A stretch of DNA of 58,978 bases, filler included, from Ferroacidibacillus organovorans (GTDB lineage: Bacteria; Bacillota; Bacilli; Alicyclobacillales; SLC66), in NCBI RefSeq assembly GCF_001642725.1. It is 7 parts of 7 records of this genome, joined end to end, with 100 filler letters (N's around TTAATTAATTAA, not from the genome) between each part and the next. Parts side by side here need not be neighbours in the genome. Positions count along the whole stretch, not along the records: positions 26,544 to 35,136 come from NZ_LSUQ01000085.1; positions 35,237 to 43,479 come from NZ_LSUQ01000087.1; 5 more parts are not named here. One strand, given 5' to 3'. A model generated the notes under the pieces. That model worked only from the letters and a program-made list of their open reading frames with translations, was not told the DNA's origin and made no database searches. How positions within the stretch are numbered: position 1 is the stretch's first letter; each line of letters starts with the position of its first letter. The position numbers and the translations under genes are program-made. Positions 28,740 to 38,663 of this stretch are shown piece by piece.

Positions 28740-29561
28740 ATGAGAATTCAAGATCAGGTCATTGCATTAGCCCCGGCTCTTCACAATTTTTTCCCACACG
28801 CGCAGTTTGTCGTCACCGACTGCGCAGGGTACGTGTATTCGATTCCAGGACAGAATTTCTTTCTTGAAGTCTTCGACGCGGGCCATCTCTTTCTCGACGG
28901 AAGTATTGGGAAAGAAACCGTGCAAACCGGTGTTGTGGTCGCCCGCAGCGGAAACAAGGCGCTAACGGGCGGCGTCCCCTACCAAGGGATCGGCGTCCCG
29001 CTCACCGAAGACGGTCGCGTTGTTGGCGCAATGTGCATTTTTGCCGATACGATCACAAAAGAGACGTTGCAGCAAACGGCCAGCCAAATGACCGCAATGA
29101 CAGAAGAACTCTCCGCGATGACGGATACGTTTGCGCAAGGGGCGCACGTGGTCCGCTCGGCGACAGAGGTGCTCGTCAAGCGCGCACAAGCGATCGAGTC
29201 TGAGCGAATGCAAACGATGCAGATGACTGGAGTGATCGGCGACGTTGCCGCACAAACGCATCTGCTCGGTTTAAACGCAGCGATTGAGGCGGCGCGCGCC
29301 GGGGAATCAGGAAAAGGGTTTAGCGTCGTTGCAGAGGAGATTCGTAAACTGTCGGAGCGCGCGCGCACCTCGACGCGCCTGATTGAAACGTCAATGAATC
29401 ATTTGATTGCGGAGATAACCAGCATGAATCGCGAGATTGAGTCAATGCTTGAGCAGGTACAGCGACAGTCTTCTAGCGCCAGCGAACTCGCCGAAGCTGT
29501 TACAGAACTGACAAAAATCAGCGAAGGATTGACAGAACTCTCCATGCATCTGCGCGCGTGA
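28740..29561 (+). CDS. Soluble methyl-accepting chemotaxis protein (YfmS-like)
   Basis: [33 protein letters not shown] signalling motif; no TM helix. Confidence 0.88.
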   Translation: MRIQDQVIALAPALHNFFPHAQFVVTDCAGYVYSIPGQNFFLEVFDAGHLFLDGSIGKETVQTGVVVARSGNKALTGGVPYQGIGVPLTEDGRVVGAMCIFADTITKETLQQTASQMTAMTEELSAMTDTFAQGAHVVRSATEVLVKRAQAIESERMQTMQMTGVIGDVAAQTHLLGLNAAIEAARAGESGKGFSVVAEEIRKLSERARTSTRLIETSMNHLIAEITSMNREIESMLEQVQRQSSSASELAEAVTELTKISEGLTELSMHLRA

Positions 29562-29601
29562 CGTGTGGTTACAAAAAATACACGTGTATTTTGACGACGG
29601 T

Positions 29602-29638
29602 AAGCCCTCGATCCTCTGTGGTCGAGGGCTTTGTTTTT
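29602..29638. terminator. Intrinsic terminator between convergent genes
   Basis: AAGCCCTCGAT...GTCGAGGGCTT followed by TGTTTTT. Confidence 0.7.
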
Positions 29639-29648
29639 CAAAATCACG

Positions 29649-30710
29649 CTACACTTCACCGCGCCGCGAAAGCTGCGCAAGATCTATCCCGCGATCGATG
29701 CACCACGCGCGCGCCTCTCCCCGAACAAGGAGTGGCACGCGCTGCATGTCGCGCAGGTGACGGGCTCCAAACAAGGTCATGAGCACGCGCAACTCATCGA
29801 GTTCGCCGTAGATCATTTCGATCAATCGCGCTGCCCCTCCCTCCTGCACCGCACGCAGCGCCTTGCCAGAGATCCCAACAACCGCCGCGCCGAGCGCATG
29901 CGCTTTGACTATGTCAAGCGCATGGCGAATTCCTCCCGAGGCCACACACACAAGGGACGCTTGCGCCGCCTGCCATTCCAGTAGCGATACGAGCGTACTC
30001 TGACCGTGATCACTCAGATACGCGTATCTTCCGTCGCCGCGCCGCTCCCGCTCGATCCACGCAAAATTGGTGCCACCGCGCCCGCCAACGTCGACGATGC
30101 GCACACCTGCGTCAACCAGTTGACGATACGTCTCACGCGCCATGCCAAAGCCCACTTCTTTTACGATGACCGGAACGGACAAGCGGGTCACCGCCTGCTC
30201 GATCGTTCGCAAATACCCGGAAAAGGAGCGATCCCCTTCTGGCATGATAAGTTCTTGCGGCACGTTCAGATGAATCTGGAGCGCATTCGCTTCAATCATC
30301 TCGACGGCGCGCGCCATATCATCCAGCGACACGTCAGCACCTACGTTTGCAAAAATCACACCGCGCGGATTCATCTCCCGCACAATGCGAAACGACGATT
30401 GCAGGCGTCCGTCCACAAGCGCCGCACGCTGTGATCCGACGGCCATCGCCGTTCCCGTTTCTGCAGCCGCTTGGGCCAGTTCGCGATTAATTTCACCCGT
30501 CTGCGCGGAGCCGCCTGTCATCGCGTTAATCAAAAGCGGATGGGAGAGCATAAGATCGCCAAGCGCTGTATCAAGCTTCACATCTTTTACCGCCGTCTCG
30601 GGCAGTGATCGATGAACAAGCCTCACTTCGTCAAAATCGGAAGTTTCCGGGCGCGCGTCTGCGCGGAGCGCCAATTCTACATGCTGCCATTTACGTTGTT
30701 CTCGCGTCAT
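29649..30710 (-). CDS. fni: Type 2 isopentenyl-diphosphate delta-isomerase
   Basis: RKWQH, NAMTGG, GSQR, HLNVPQE, KEVGFG and GGTNF motifs. Confidence 0.95.
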   Translation of the reverse strand: MTREQRKWQHVELALRADARPETSDFDEVRLVHRSLPETAVKDVKLDTALGDLMLSHPLLINAMTGGSAQTGEINRELAQAAAETGTAMAVGSQRAALVDGRLQSSFRIVREMNPRGVIFANVGADVSLDDMARAVEMIEANALQIHLNVPQELIMPEGDRSFSGYLRTIEQAVTRLSVPVIVKEVGFGMARETYRQLVDAGVRIVDVGGRGGTNFAWIERERRGDGRYAYLSDHGQSTLVSLLEWQAAQASLVCVASGGIRHALDIVKAHALGAAVVGISGKALRAVQEGGAARLIEMIYGELDELRVLMTLFGARHLRDMQRVPLLVRGEARAWCIDRGIDLAQLSRRGEV

Positions 30711-30840
30711 TTCACACTCCGCCTTTACCACGCCGATTGCCACTATCGACTCATTCTACCAATTCTCAAAGAGCAAGCGCTATTGCACAGCGCATATTTC
30801 CAGCCATTCTCACCGTTTTTCCTTTATCGATCCGCCAATA

Positions 30841-30902
30841 CGAACATACGTTTGCTTTTTAGGCGTTCTCCGCTTATAATCAACTTATCGAACACACGTT
30901 CC
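30841..30902 (+). promoter_or_regulatory. SOS promoter with two LexA (Cheo) boxes
   Basis: CGAACATACGTTTG (30841-30854) and CGAACACACGTTCC (30889-30902) flank TTGCTT-N17-TATAAT. Confidence 0.9.
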
Positions 30903-30918
30903 CTTCGGAGGCGTCGAG

Positions 30919-31155
30919 ATGGCAAAACCTACAGCTGCCGTACGCGAATACTTGCTCTGCCAAAAGCGCTCACCCAGCGAGGCGCGGCGCTTGCTCCATC
31001 TTCTTGAGATGCACAATCTGCGCATTCTCTCCACAGAAGAAGACGCGTGGAGCGTCACCGTCTGTTTTTCATACGCCAATCGGCAGACGCGGGCGATTTA
31101 CATGAAAGCAATGCTCGACGCAGACCCCTGGATGGATACGCCTTCTTCTCTATGA
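30919..31155 (+). CDS. Small hypothetical protein, first gene of the SOS operon
   Basis: GGAGG RBS; its stop overlaps the polymerase start (ATGA). Confidence 0.7.
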   Translation: MAKPTAAVREYLLCQKRSPSEARRLLHLLEMHNLRILSTEEDAWSVTVCFSYANRQTRAIYMKAMLDADPWMDTPSSL

Positions 31156-32411
31156 CGTTGATCTACGGGTTGGTGGATATGCAGAGTTTTTATGCTTCGT
31201 GTGAGGTTGCATCGCGCCGCGAGTTCACCGTCACCCGACGAATGGATCGAGATGACAGCGACCCAGCGCTTGTCGTAGCCGGAGACCCGGCGCGGCGCAG
31301 TGGGATTATTCTTGCCGCGACACCACCCGCCAAAGCGCGCGGGATCACCACCGCCATGCGTCTCGGCGAGGCGCTGCGTCTCGCGCCCGAACTCGTCGTC
31401 GTTGCGCCGCGCATGCGTCTCTACATCGAAACGAGCGCGCGTATCCAGCAGACGATCCGGGAGCATTTCCCACTTCAAGAACAGTTCAGCGTTGACGAGA
31501 GTTTTTTCGCCTTCCCCCACCCCTCCACGCTATTTTGCGATCCTGTCGCGGCGGCGCGCGGGCTACAACAAGCGATCTGGGATCAGTTTCGTATCCGCTG
31601 TCGGATCGGGCTCGCGCCAAACAAATGGATGGCTAAAGTGGCAAACAACGTCGCCAAAACGGTTGCTGGAGGCATCGTATGGTGGCCAGACGGAGATCTG
31701 CTCCCCCTGCACGAACTACACGTCTCAAAAATGTGGGGATTGCGCAAGCGGGCACACGTTCTTGAACTCGAATTTGGCGCAAAGACGATTGGCGATGTGT
31801 CACGCATCTCGCGCGGGGCGCTTCGGGATCGTTTCGGCACTTGGGGCGATGTGATTCACCGCTGGAGTCACGGCGAAGACCCTTCCCCCATCCACCCGGA
31901 CGCGTATGACGCACCGCACAAAAGCTATTCACATCGCGTCACTCTACCGCGTGATTTTTACGCGCGCGACGAGGTGGCAACAGTGATTCTGGAATTGCTT
32001 GATGAGGTTTGCCGCCGACTGCGCCATGCGGGGCAGCGCGGAAAGCGCGTGGGACTCGGCGTTACCTACGCACGCTTTGAGGGTGGATTTTATCGGGCGC
32101 GCGCACTGACGTCAGCGCATGACGATGCGCGCGCCATCTACCCCACATTGCTTGCGCTACTCGACCAGCACTGGTCGGGCGATGGAATTCGCGCAGTCGG
32201 CGTCAGTGTCGATGATCTGAAGACGGCCGCTGATGACCAGTTATCCTTATTCGAAGACATTCCTAAGCGGGTTCAACTGAACCGCACCATCGATTTGATT
32301 CATGAACGCTATGGAAAAACGAGTCTCTATCGCGCTGCGAGCCTGACGGCGGCAGGACAGCTTCTTTCGCGCAGCAAAAAGATTGGCGGACACTGGAGTG
32401 GGACACCTTGA
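31152..32411 (+). CDS. Y-family DNA polymerase (PolY2/YqjW/UvrX type)
   Basis: VDMQSFYAS, SVDE and QLSLF clamp motifs. Confidence 0.92.
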   Translation: MTLIYGLVDMQSFYASCEVASRREFTVTRRMDRDDSDPALVVAGDPARRSGIILAATPPAKARGITTAMRLGEALRLAPELVVVAPRMRLYIETSARIQQTIREHFPLQEQFSVDESFFAFPHPSTLFCDPVAAARGLQQAIWDQFRIRCRIGLAPNKWMAKVANNVAKTVAGGIVWWPDGDLLPLHELHVSKMWGLRKRAHVLELEFGAKTIGDVSRISRGALRDRFGTWGDVIHRWSHGEDPSPIHPDAYDAPHKSYSHRVTLPRDFYARDEVATVILELLDEVCRRLRHAGQRGKRVGLGVTYARFEGGFYRARALTSAHDDARAIYPTLLALLDQHWSGDGIRAVGVSVDDLKTAADDQLSLFEDIPKRVQLNRTIDLIHERYGKTSLYRAASLTAAGQLLSRSKKIGGHWSGTP

Positions 32412-32728
32412 ACATCACGAGTGGGAACATTTTTGCAGCGATGCGCCTCGTTTTGCCTGAGCATCGCAGTGCCATGGACACCATGGAGCGTTCACAGCGA
32501 CGCACTCCTCTTCCACAATGGTCAGAAGATCGACTCGAAGAATTGCAGATCGAGATTTCTGAAGCAATCGCCAATGACGCGGTCGTTCGCATCACCTACT
32601 GGCGCGATCACGCCGTGTACGAAGCAACCGGGCGATGCAAGATCAGCTACGGTCGGTTGCTCCTTCTGGAGGCGCACCAAACGATTGAGCTTTTACCCCA
32701 GCACATTCTGCGCATTGACACACCGTGA
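32408..32728 (+). CDS. YolD-like protein (YqjX-like)
   Basis: MRLVLPEHR motif; coupled to the PolY gene. Confidence 0.82.
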   Translation: MNITSGNIFAAMRLVLPEHRSAMDTMERSQRRTPLPQWSEDRLEELQIEISEAIANDAVVRITYWRDHAVYEATGRCKISYGRLLLLEAHQTIELLPQHILRIDTP

Positions 32729-32864
32729 TAGCGAGTCGTTGCGATCCCATCAAGCGACGACGCTGTCACGTTGGCGATGGCTACGGTGTAGCCAATGAAT
32801 GGATCGTGTATTGAACACGTCGACAAAACTATGGTATACTCACAAAGTTACGCCACACGGACAT

Positions 32865-32955
32865 GGAGAGATGGCCGAGCGGTTGAAGGCACTCGTCTTG
32901 AAAACGAGCAACGGTGATGAGCCGTTCGTGGGTTCGAATCCCACTCTCTCCGCCA
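32865..32955 (+). tRNA. tRNA-Ser(TGA)
   Basis: GGAGAGA/TCTCTCC acceptor stem, CTTGAAA anticodon loop, long variable arm, GTTCGAATC and encoded CCA. Promoter TTGAAC..TGGTATACT lies upstream. Confidence 0.97.
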
Positions 32956-32978
32956 ACGCATTCTCTGTTAGAAAACAC

Positions 32979-33012
32979 CAAAATGACCTGTGTAAAAACA
33001 GGTCATTTTGTT
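32979..33012 (+). terminator. Hairpin/terminator after the tRNA
   Basis: CAAAATGACCTGT...ACAGGTCATTTTG. Confidence 0.7.
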
Positions 33013-33163
33013 CTATCTGCGTGAGTTATCATGAGTTATCAAAAAAAGAGAACCCTTCTATAGAAAACGCGAGAAAACGCGGAGAACGAGCGTACTAAAA
33101 CCGTCATCACACAGCGCGGGCGAAACGAAATTCGTTGCTCCCGTGAGCGTCAGGAGGATCCGA

Positions 33164-34405
33164 ATGACAATCATACTTGCGCTGCTCGGATTCCTTGTGA
33201 TCGCATGCCTTGGTTTTATCACAAATCTGCTTACGCGAAAACCTGTGTACCGCGGCGTCCATTTACCAGAGGTCGCCTTGCTCATCGGCGCTGCTCAACT
33301 GCTTCTTCACACACCACTGCCCTACGCAGGCGTGCTTCTGAGTTCACTCAAACTGTGGCAGGATCCAACCATTCTGACGCTCGCTGCCAGTCTGATCATC
33401 TTTCACGGCGGGACGGAGATTCGCCCCTCCACCTTTCTCAAACTGAAAAAGGTTATCCTGAACCTCGCCACGCTTGGCGTACTTGTATCCGCCGCTTCTT
33501 TCACGCTGATCTTTTTACTCGTCACGCACGTTTCCTTTGAGACCGCTTGGCTCATCGGCGCCCTTTTTTGCGCCACAGATCCAGCCGTGCTCATCACGAT
33601 CCTCGATCGCTTTCCGATTCGCGATGAGATGCAAGAAACACTCATCGCAGAGTCTGCACTAAACGACCCGATGAGCGCGATACTCGTATCCATCTCCATC
33701 GCGTTCGCAGCGCTGCAGACAGGGGCGCGACATACGGCCATCACCGCTTCAGCCATCATGCACCCGCTTCTCATAACGCTCTACTCAGAAATGCTCTCAA
33801 TCCTCATCGGCGTTACTGTGGGGCTTCTCTCACGCAGGATACGGCAAAGAGCCTTTCACTCGTCAACCACAAAGCTTCTCGTCACATTCTTTCTGACATG
33901 GGGACTCTGTGAACTGACAGGCGCTTCCCCTTTCCTCGCCGCCTTTCTCGCAGGCGTCCTTCAACATCGCGAAGGCGAAGAAGAGACACCCGATCACGTT
34001 TCACGCGGAATGAACATTACCCTCACCCTTACGCGAAGCGTCGTCTTTGTCGGGCTCGGACTGGCGCTCGTCTTTCCTCACCAAACCGTTCTCTATATTG
34101 AAGGCGTCAGCGCAGCGTTCATCCTGGTGGCTTTCGCACGCCCGCTCTCCGTTCTCAGCGTCTATCTGTTGACAAAAAAACACGCCCCCCTAAGCGGGCG
34201 CGATTATGCCTTCCTTGCCGTCAACCGTCAGACCGGCGTCGTGCCGGCGCTGCTCGTGCTTCTCCTAAAGCCCCTGCACCTTGCCAGCATCTCGCTGATC
34301 GAGTTTAGCATCGTGTCGGCCATTCTCGTCACATCCGCATTGGCGACGCCTTTTTTTCCAGTCTTGGCGCGACGGTTTGGCGTCGCCATCCGCGATGCAC
34401 ACTGA
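33164..34405 (+). CDS. Cation:proton antiporter, CPA1 (NhaP/CvrA-like)
   Basis: ATDPA and ESALND motifs; many TM helices. Confidence 0.9.
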   Translation: MTIILALLGFLVIACLGFITNLLTRKPVYRGVHLPEVALLIGAAQLLLHTPLPYAGVLLSSLKLWQDPTILTLAASLIIFHGGTEIRPSTFLKLKKVILNLATLGVLVSAASFTLIFLLVTHVSFETAWLIGALFCATDPAVLITILDRFPIRDEMQETLIAESALNDPMSAILVSISIAFAALQTGARHTAITASAIMHPLLITLYSEMLSILIGVTVGLLSRRIRQRAFHSSTTKLLVTFFLTWGLCELTGASPFLAAFLAGVLQHREGEEETPDHVSRGMNITLTLTRSVVFVGLGLALVFPHQTVLYIEGVSAAFILVAFARPLSVLSVYLLTKKHAPLSGRDYAFLAVNRQTGVVPALLVLLLKPLHLASISLIEFSIVSAILVTSALATPFFPVLARRFGVAIRDAH

Positions 34406-34419
34406 GCGATGTCGGCGAT

Positions 34420-35136
34420 TCAGGGTAACAAAAATATCGGAACGAGTGCGCCATCTGTCACATCCGCATCCGCATCAACGCGGGCGAGCGCGGTCACTGA
34501 CGCGAACCCGGAAAAGGAGCCACTCGATTGCTCTGTGCCAAGATCAATCCACCACTCCGCGTCACGCTGCGTCAGCTGTCCACGAAAAAATCGAGAATGT
34601 TTGACACGCCGACGCAGCGTTGCGCCTGTGACCCGCGCAAAGAGCGCTGGAGCAGGATCCTTTTGTCCCGCCAACCGCCGCAAGACTGGAAGGCCGAGCA
34701 CCACGGCGTTGACCAGCGCGGCAGAGGGACTACCCGAAAACGCGAGAATCACTTGCTTACCACGCATCCCCGCATAGACTGGTGTTCCCGGACGCATAAA
34801 CACACCCCAAAACAGCCGCTCTACACCAATCGCTTCGAGCGCAGACGGCGTCAAATCAAAATCGCCGACCGACACGCCGCCTGTCGTCACGAGGACATCT
34901 ACATCTTTAAGCGCATCTGAAAACACACGCTGCTGCAAGGAGAGATCATCTCCCACCGCAGGAATCACCTGGGCAATCCCGCCGACACGACGAATGAGTG
35001 CGCAAAGCATTGGACCATTGCTGTTATAAAGAGCGTGGGGGTGTGGGGCTTCGCCCGCTTCAAGCAATTCGCTCCCAGTGGCGACGACCGCGACACGCGG
35101 AGGTCGCACGACCGCAATCGAGCGATACCCGTGGGA
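34420..35136 (-). CDS. moeA: Molybdopterin molybdotransferase, 5'-truncated
   Basis: ATGSEL, NSNGPML, TTGGVSVGDFD and MRPG motifs. Confidence 0.88.
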   Translation of the reverse strand, partial: SHGYRSIAVVRPPRVAVVATGSELLEAGEAPHPHALYNSNGPMLCALIRRVGGIAQVIPAVGDDLSLQQRVFSDALKDVDVLVTTGGVSVGDFDLTPSALEAIGVERLFWGVFMRPGTPVYAGMRGKQVILAFSGSPSAALVNAVVLGLPVLRRLAGQKDPAPALFARVTGATLRRRVKHSRFFRGQLTQRDAEWWIDLGTEQSSGSFSGFASVTALARVDADADVTDGALVPIFLLP

Positions 35137-35236
35137 NNNNNNNNNNNNNNNNNNNNNNNNNNNNNNNNNNNNNNNNNNNNTTAATTAATTAANNNNNNNN
35201 NNNNNNNNNNNNNNNNNNNNNNNNNNNNNNNNNNNN
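35137..35236. other. Artificial contig spacer
   Basis: N-TTAATTAATTAA-N. Confidence 0.99.
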
Positions 35237-35812
35237 CGCAAGGGATGTGCCGGAGACCGGCGATGCACCGGTTGTCCCAGAGAGAGGGAATGATGATGCG
35301 CCCATGGATGGGAGTGTGGCGTTGGATTGTGCAACACCACTAGAGAATCCGGATACACCCTCTATGGCGGCTGCCAGGCTTGAGAGATTGGCGGTCGAGC
35401 CGGATTTTGCAGCGCTTGTTAGCAGGAGGCTGAGCAGTTGGCTTGACGACCCACCGAGCAGACTTCCGCTGAACGTGCCACTCACACCGCCGAGCAGGGA
35501 GGTAAGGGACGATGTGCCACTCACACCGCCGAGCAGGGAGGTAAGGGACGATGTGCCACTCACACCGCCGAGCAGAGATGAAAGCGACGAGCCGCTTGTC
35601 ACGCTGGTTCCTGACAAACTGCCAGATTGAGAGAGCGCGGTCAAGCCGGAGAGTTCCGTATTTGCAATCGTCTGCAAAAGCGCAGATTGAAACGGTGTCA
35701 ATCCGCTTGTCGGAAGTGTTTGGCGAGCGGTGTTGCCGCGTGTTTTTGTGCTCACTTCGCTTGGCGTAGCTGCGTTTGCCACGGAAGACGGGCGCATTGG
35801 ATCAAGGTTCAT
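35237..35812 (-). CDS. Ser/Gly/Leu-rich low-complexity protein, 3'-truncated
   Basis: Open frame overlapping the TetR stop; contains a 13-aa tandem repeat. Confidence 0.65.
35475..35575. repeat. 39-bp coding tandem repeat, about 2.6 copies
   Basis: Unit GTGCCACTCACACCGCCGAGCAGGGAGGTAAGGGACGAT (minus-strand SSLTSLLGGVSGT). Confidence 0.95.
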
Positions 35813-36482
35813 CAGAAAAATCATACCTTTCTTTAGGCGCGGAGATTGACGTTGGTTGCAATGATTTTACCAAAAGATCGCAGAGCGGGTCTACGAGATC
35901 AGAGAGTGGACGGTCTTCATTTTCGAGCAATCTCATCAAAAGGACTTCGTGGATCGCTCCGAGCCAAGCATATGCCGTCAACGTACAGTCGATCGGTTCA
36001 ATCGATCCGTCTTCCACTGCATGGGTTAGGTGCAAAGCAATAAATCGCGCGATCGCGCGATGTGCCGCGTAGACTTGTCGATCAAATGTTTTCCCGAGTC
36101 CGGATGCTTCTACAAACAATAGACGGGTCGCTTTTTCGTGGCGAGTCAGTGTAGACAGAACGACCGTAAGCGCCGCGCGAATTTTTTCCACTGCGCCGTG
36201 TCGAGTGTCAATGGCCTGGTTTGCGCCAGCGAGAAGGCGATCGATCAACGTGTCAAGCAGCACTTCGAAAATGGCCTTCTTGGATGGAAAATGAAAATAA
36301 AATGCGCCTTTTGACGTGGATGATTCACGCGTGATATCGTCCACGAGCGTGTCGTTATATCCTTTTTCAGAAAAGACATCCATGGCGGCTTGAAGAATTT
36401 TATTCCTCGTCTCTTGGCGGCCGCGCTCTTTTTTTTCGCTACCTTCCGTTTTCCCATTCGTCGCTGGTTCATCTAATTCCAC
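35802..36482 (-). CDS. TetR/AcrR regulator
   Basis: ILQAAMDVFSEKGY...SKGAFYFHFPSK HTH. Confidence 0.92.
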   Translation of the reverse strand: MELDEPATNGKTEGSEKKERGRQETRNKILQAAMDVFSEKGYNDTLVDDITRESSTSKGAFYFHFPSKKAIFEVLLDTLIDRLLAGANQAIDTRHGAVEKIRAALTVVLSTLTRHEKATRLLFVEASGLGKTFDRQVYAAHRAIARFIALHLTHAVEDGSIEPIDCTLTAYAWLGAIHEVLLMRLLENEDRPLSDLVDPLCDLLVKSLQPTSISAPKERYDFSDEP

Positions 36483-38614
36483 GGAATGTAGTACACCTCC
36501 ACCTCATCGCCCTGCGCAATCGGAGAAGTGAACTCGGCTTCTTCTCCGTTAATTTTCATGATCAGCCGTTCACGGCCGTGCACGCCTGCCCGAAGCGTTT
36601 CGGATAGGAGGAGTACCATTGTGCTCATCGTGGGCCCTGTTTCGAGACGGCCTTCCGTAGTGATGACGTCGCCTTGTTCAAGCGTGTCCTTCAGCTCACA
36701 CGGTGCGCCGTTTCTTAGGATTCGCTCGATCATCGGAATTTCTCGCTTTATCCCGTTTACAAGCACTGTCATGCATTCCCCCGCGCGATATAAAGCGGCT
36801 TTTAGCGCGTCAATGACGGTAGGTGGTGCGGTTGCGGCGCCTTTTAGCGAGAAGGAGAGTCCCTCCACAATCGGCTCATCCCAGGAAAAAAAAGGTTCAA
36901 TGAGCATGGTTTGCCACTGTAATTCAAGGGGTTTTTCATCGACGACAACAGCGATTCGCTCGACGACGTTGCGACCGATAATCGACTCGATCCACTCGCC
37001 AATCGTTGGCCATTGGGTCACGATGACGTCGCGGTCGCTGAGTTTACTGTGTAGTGTGGCAACACGATCATTCTTTAAGATTCGCGGCGACACGCGTTGG
37101 ACGGTTCCATTCACCGTTATCGAGAGTGGTTTTACTGTCAACACGGACGCAATCGTTCCGATTGCGTCCTTTCCGTCTTCGCCGACGGCGACGCTAATCG
37201 TGTCACCTGCGTCAAGTGTGTCATCAAGCAGACACGGGAGTCCATTTTTTTGCACGACACCCTGCGTTCCAGTCGTCCCAGGAATGGAGCGAATCTCTTG
37301 ATTCACTTCAACGACAAGCGCATTCCCTGTGCGCGCCCGCAAGCGTCGCAGATCGAGACCACACTCGGAAAGTGCGTCACCTACGGTCATGAGCCGCATG
37401 GCAAAGAGGCGGTGGCTGCGGCCGTCAAAGCGCACGGTGACGGGTGTAATCTCCGAGTTTTCAGCGGTGAGCGCGATACCGATGGGCGTGACGGATTCCG
37501 GCCCAAATAACGTTTCCACACAGCCTTTGGCCTGATGAATTGAGACGCGGTCGCGCACGCGGATGCGATCGAGTGGAAGTCCGAGTTTGTCGGATAGCTC
37601 TTTTTCGAGAAAAGGTGTTTTTGCGCCGCCGCCGATCAACATGAGTGCGTCAGGCGCTTTCTCGTTGAGGCGAACGATTTCATCGGCGATTTTTTGCGCA
37701 AGATCAGATACGGCAGGGCGCAGCGTCGCCAACAACTTTTTACAGGAGAGGTGACGCACTTGACCAAGGACGTCCTCCACGTCGATGGAATCCATATCGA
37801 GGGAGCGCTTGACGCGCTCTGCGACAGGAAAATCGAGCAAATACGCTTGTTCGAGTGCTTCGGTAATCTCGTCGCCGGCGACGGGGACCATTCCGAAAGA
37901 GCGCACAGAGCCGTCGCCTGTCAGCGCGATGTCGGACGTTCCAGCGCCGATGTCAATCAAAGCGATGTTCAAGTTTCTCATGCTTGAAGGCACCAGCGCG
38001 TAGAGCGCCGCGATCGGTTCTAACGTAAGGCCGCGCATCATGAGCCCGGCATGCGTCAACGCCGCATCGAGGGATTCAATAACGGCGCGCGGCAAAAACG
38101 TCGCAATGAGAGAGACATTCGCCTCGTGTCCGCTTTGTCCAACGAGGCTTGCCATCCGTTCGCCATCAAGCGTGTAATCGCGAACACTGTATCCTACACA
38201 GTGAAGGAGTCCAGACGGTTTGCGATTGGCGCGCGCCTCAAACCCCCATTTCGATTTGGCCGATTCGATGGCGACCATGTGGAGCTGGTGGATATCTTCT
38301 TCTGTACACGGCACAAGCAGCGGAATCGTCGCGTTGGCGGTCACCGTTTGCAGTGAGCGCCCCGCGGCCGCAACGGAGACTGCTTTGAGTGACACGCCAG
38401 AGGCATTTTCGAGCGCGCGCGTAACCTCTTGAATCACCGCAGAAACGGAGCGAACATCGTGAATCTGTCCGTCGCGCATCGCGCGGTCACGATGTTCCTG
38501 TGTCTCTACCGCGTGGATCTCAATCCCTTGCGCGGATTTAGAATACAGAAGCCCGGTCACGCCACGCGTCCCAATATCGAGCGCGTACGCCCACTCGCTC
38601 ATCTTGTTCACCAC
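36473..38614 (-). CDS. FtsA/PilM-like actin-fold ATPase with long C-terminal extension
   Basis: ALDIGTR, LEPIAA, DIGAGTSD, AERVKR and IGGG motifs; about 330 extra residues. Confidence 0.85.
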   Translation of the reverse strand: MVNKMSEWAYALDIGTRGVTGLLYSKSAQGIEIHAVETQEHRDRAMRDGQIHDVRSVSAVIQEVTRALENASGVSLKAVSVAAAGRSLQTVTANATIPLLVPCTEEDIHQLHMVAIESAKSKWGFEARANRKPSGLLHCVGYSVRDYTLDGERMASLVGQSGHEANVSLIATFLPRAVIESLDAALTHAGLMMRGLTLEPIAALYALVPSSMRNLNIALIDIGAGTSDIALTGDGSVRSFGMVPVAGDEITEALEQAYLLDFPVAERVKRSLDMDSIDVEDVLGQVRHLSCKKLLATLRPAVSDLAQKIADEIVRLNEKAPDALMLIGGGAKTPFLEKELSDKLGLPLDRIRVRDRVSIHQAKGCVETLFGPESVTPIGIALTAENSEITPVTVRFDGRSHRLFAMRLMTVGDALSECGLDLRRLRARTGNALVVEVNQEIRSIPGTTGTQGVVQKNGLPCLLDDTLDAGDTISVAVGEDGKDAIGTIASVLTVKPLSITVNGTVQRVSPRILKNDRVATLHSKLSDRDVIVTQWPTIGEWIESIIGRNVVERIAVVVDEKPLELQWQTMLIEPFFSWDEPIVEGLSFSLKGAATAPPTVIDALKAALYRAGECMTVLVNGIKREIPMIERILRNGAPCELKDTLEQGDVITTEGRLETGPTMSTMVLLLSETLRAGVHGRERLIMKINGEEAEFTSPIAQGDEVEVYYIPWN

Positions 38615-38663
38615 CTTCCGTCATCTGACGTCACGTCGCGATTGAAATTTATTGGGTTTCATT

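Noticed and set aside
32799..33098. 99-aa ORF
   Set aside because: Overlaps the tRNA-Ser gene and its promoter.
35475..35575. Possible CRISPR array
   Set aside because: Head-to-tail repeats with no unique spacers, in frame within a CDS, and no cas genes.
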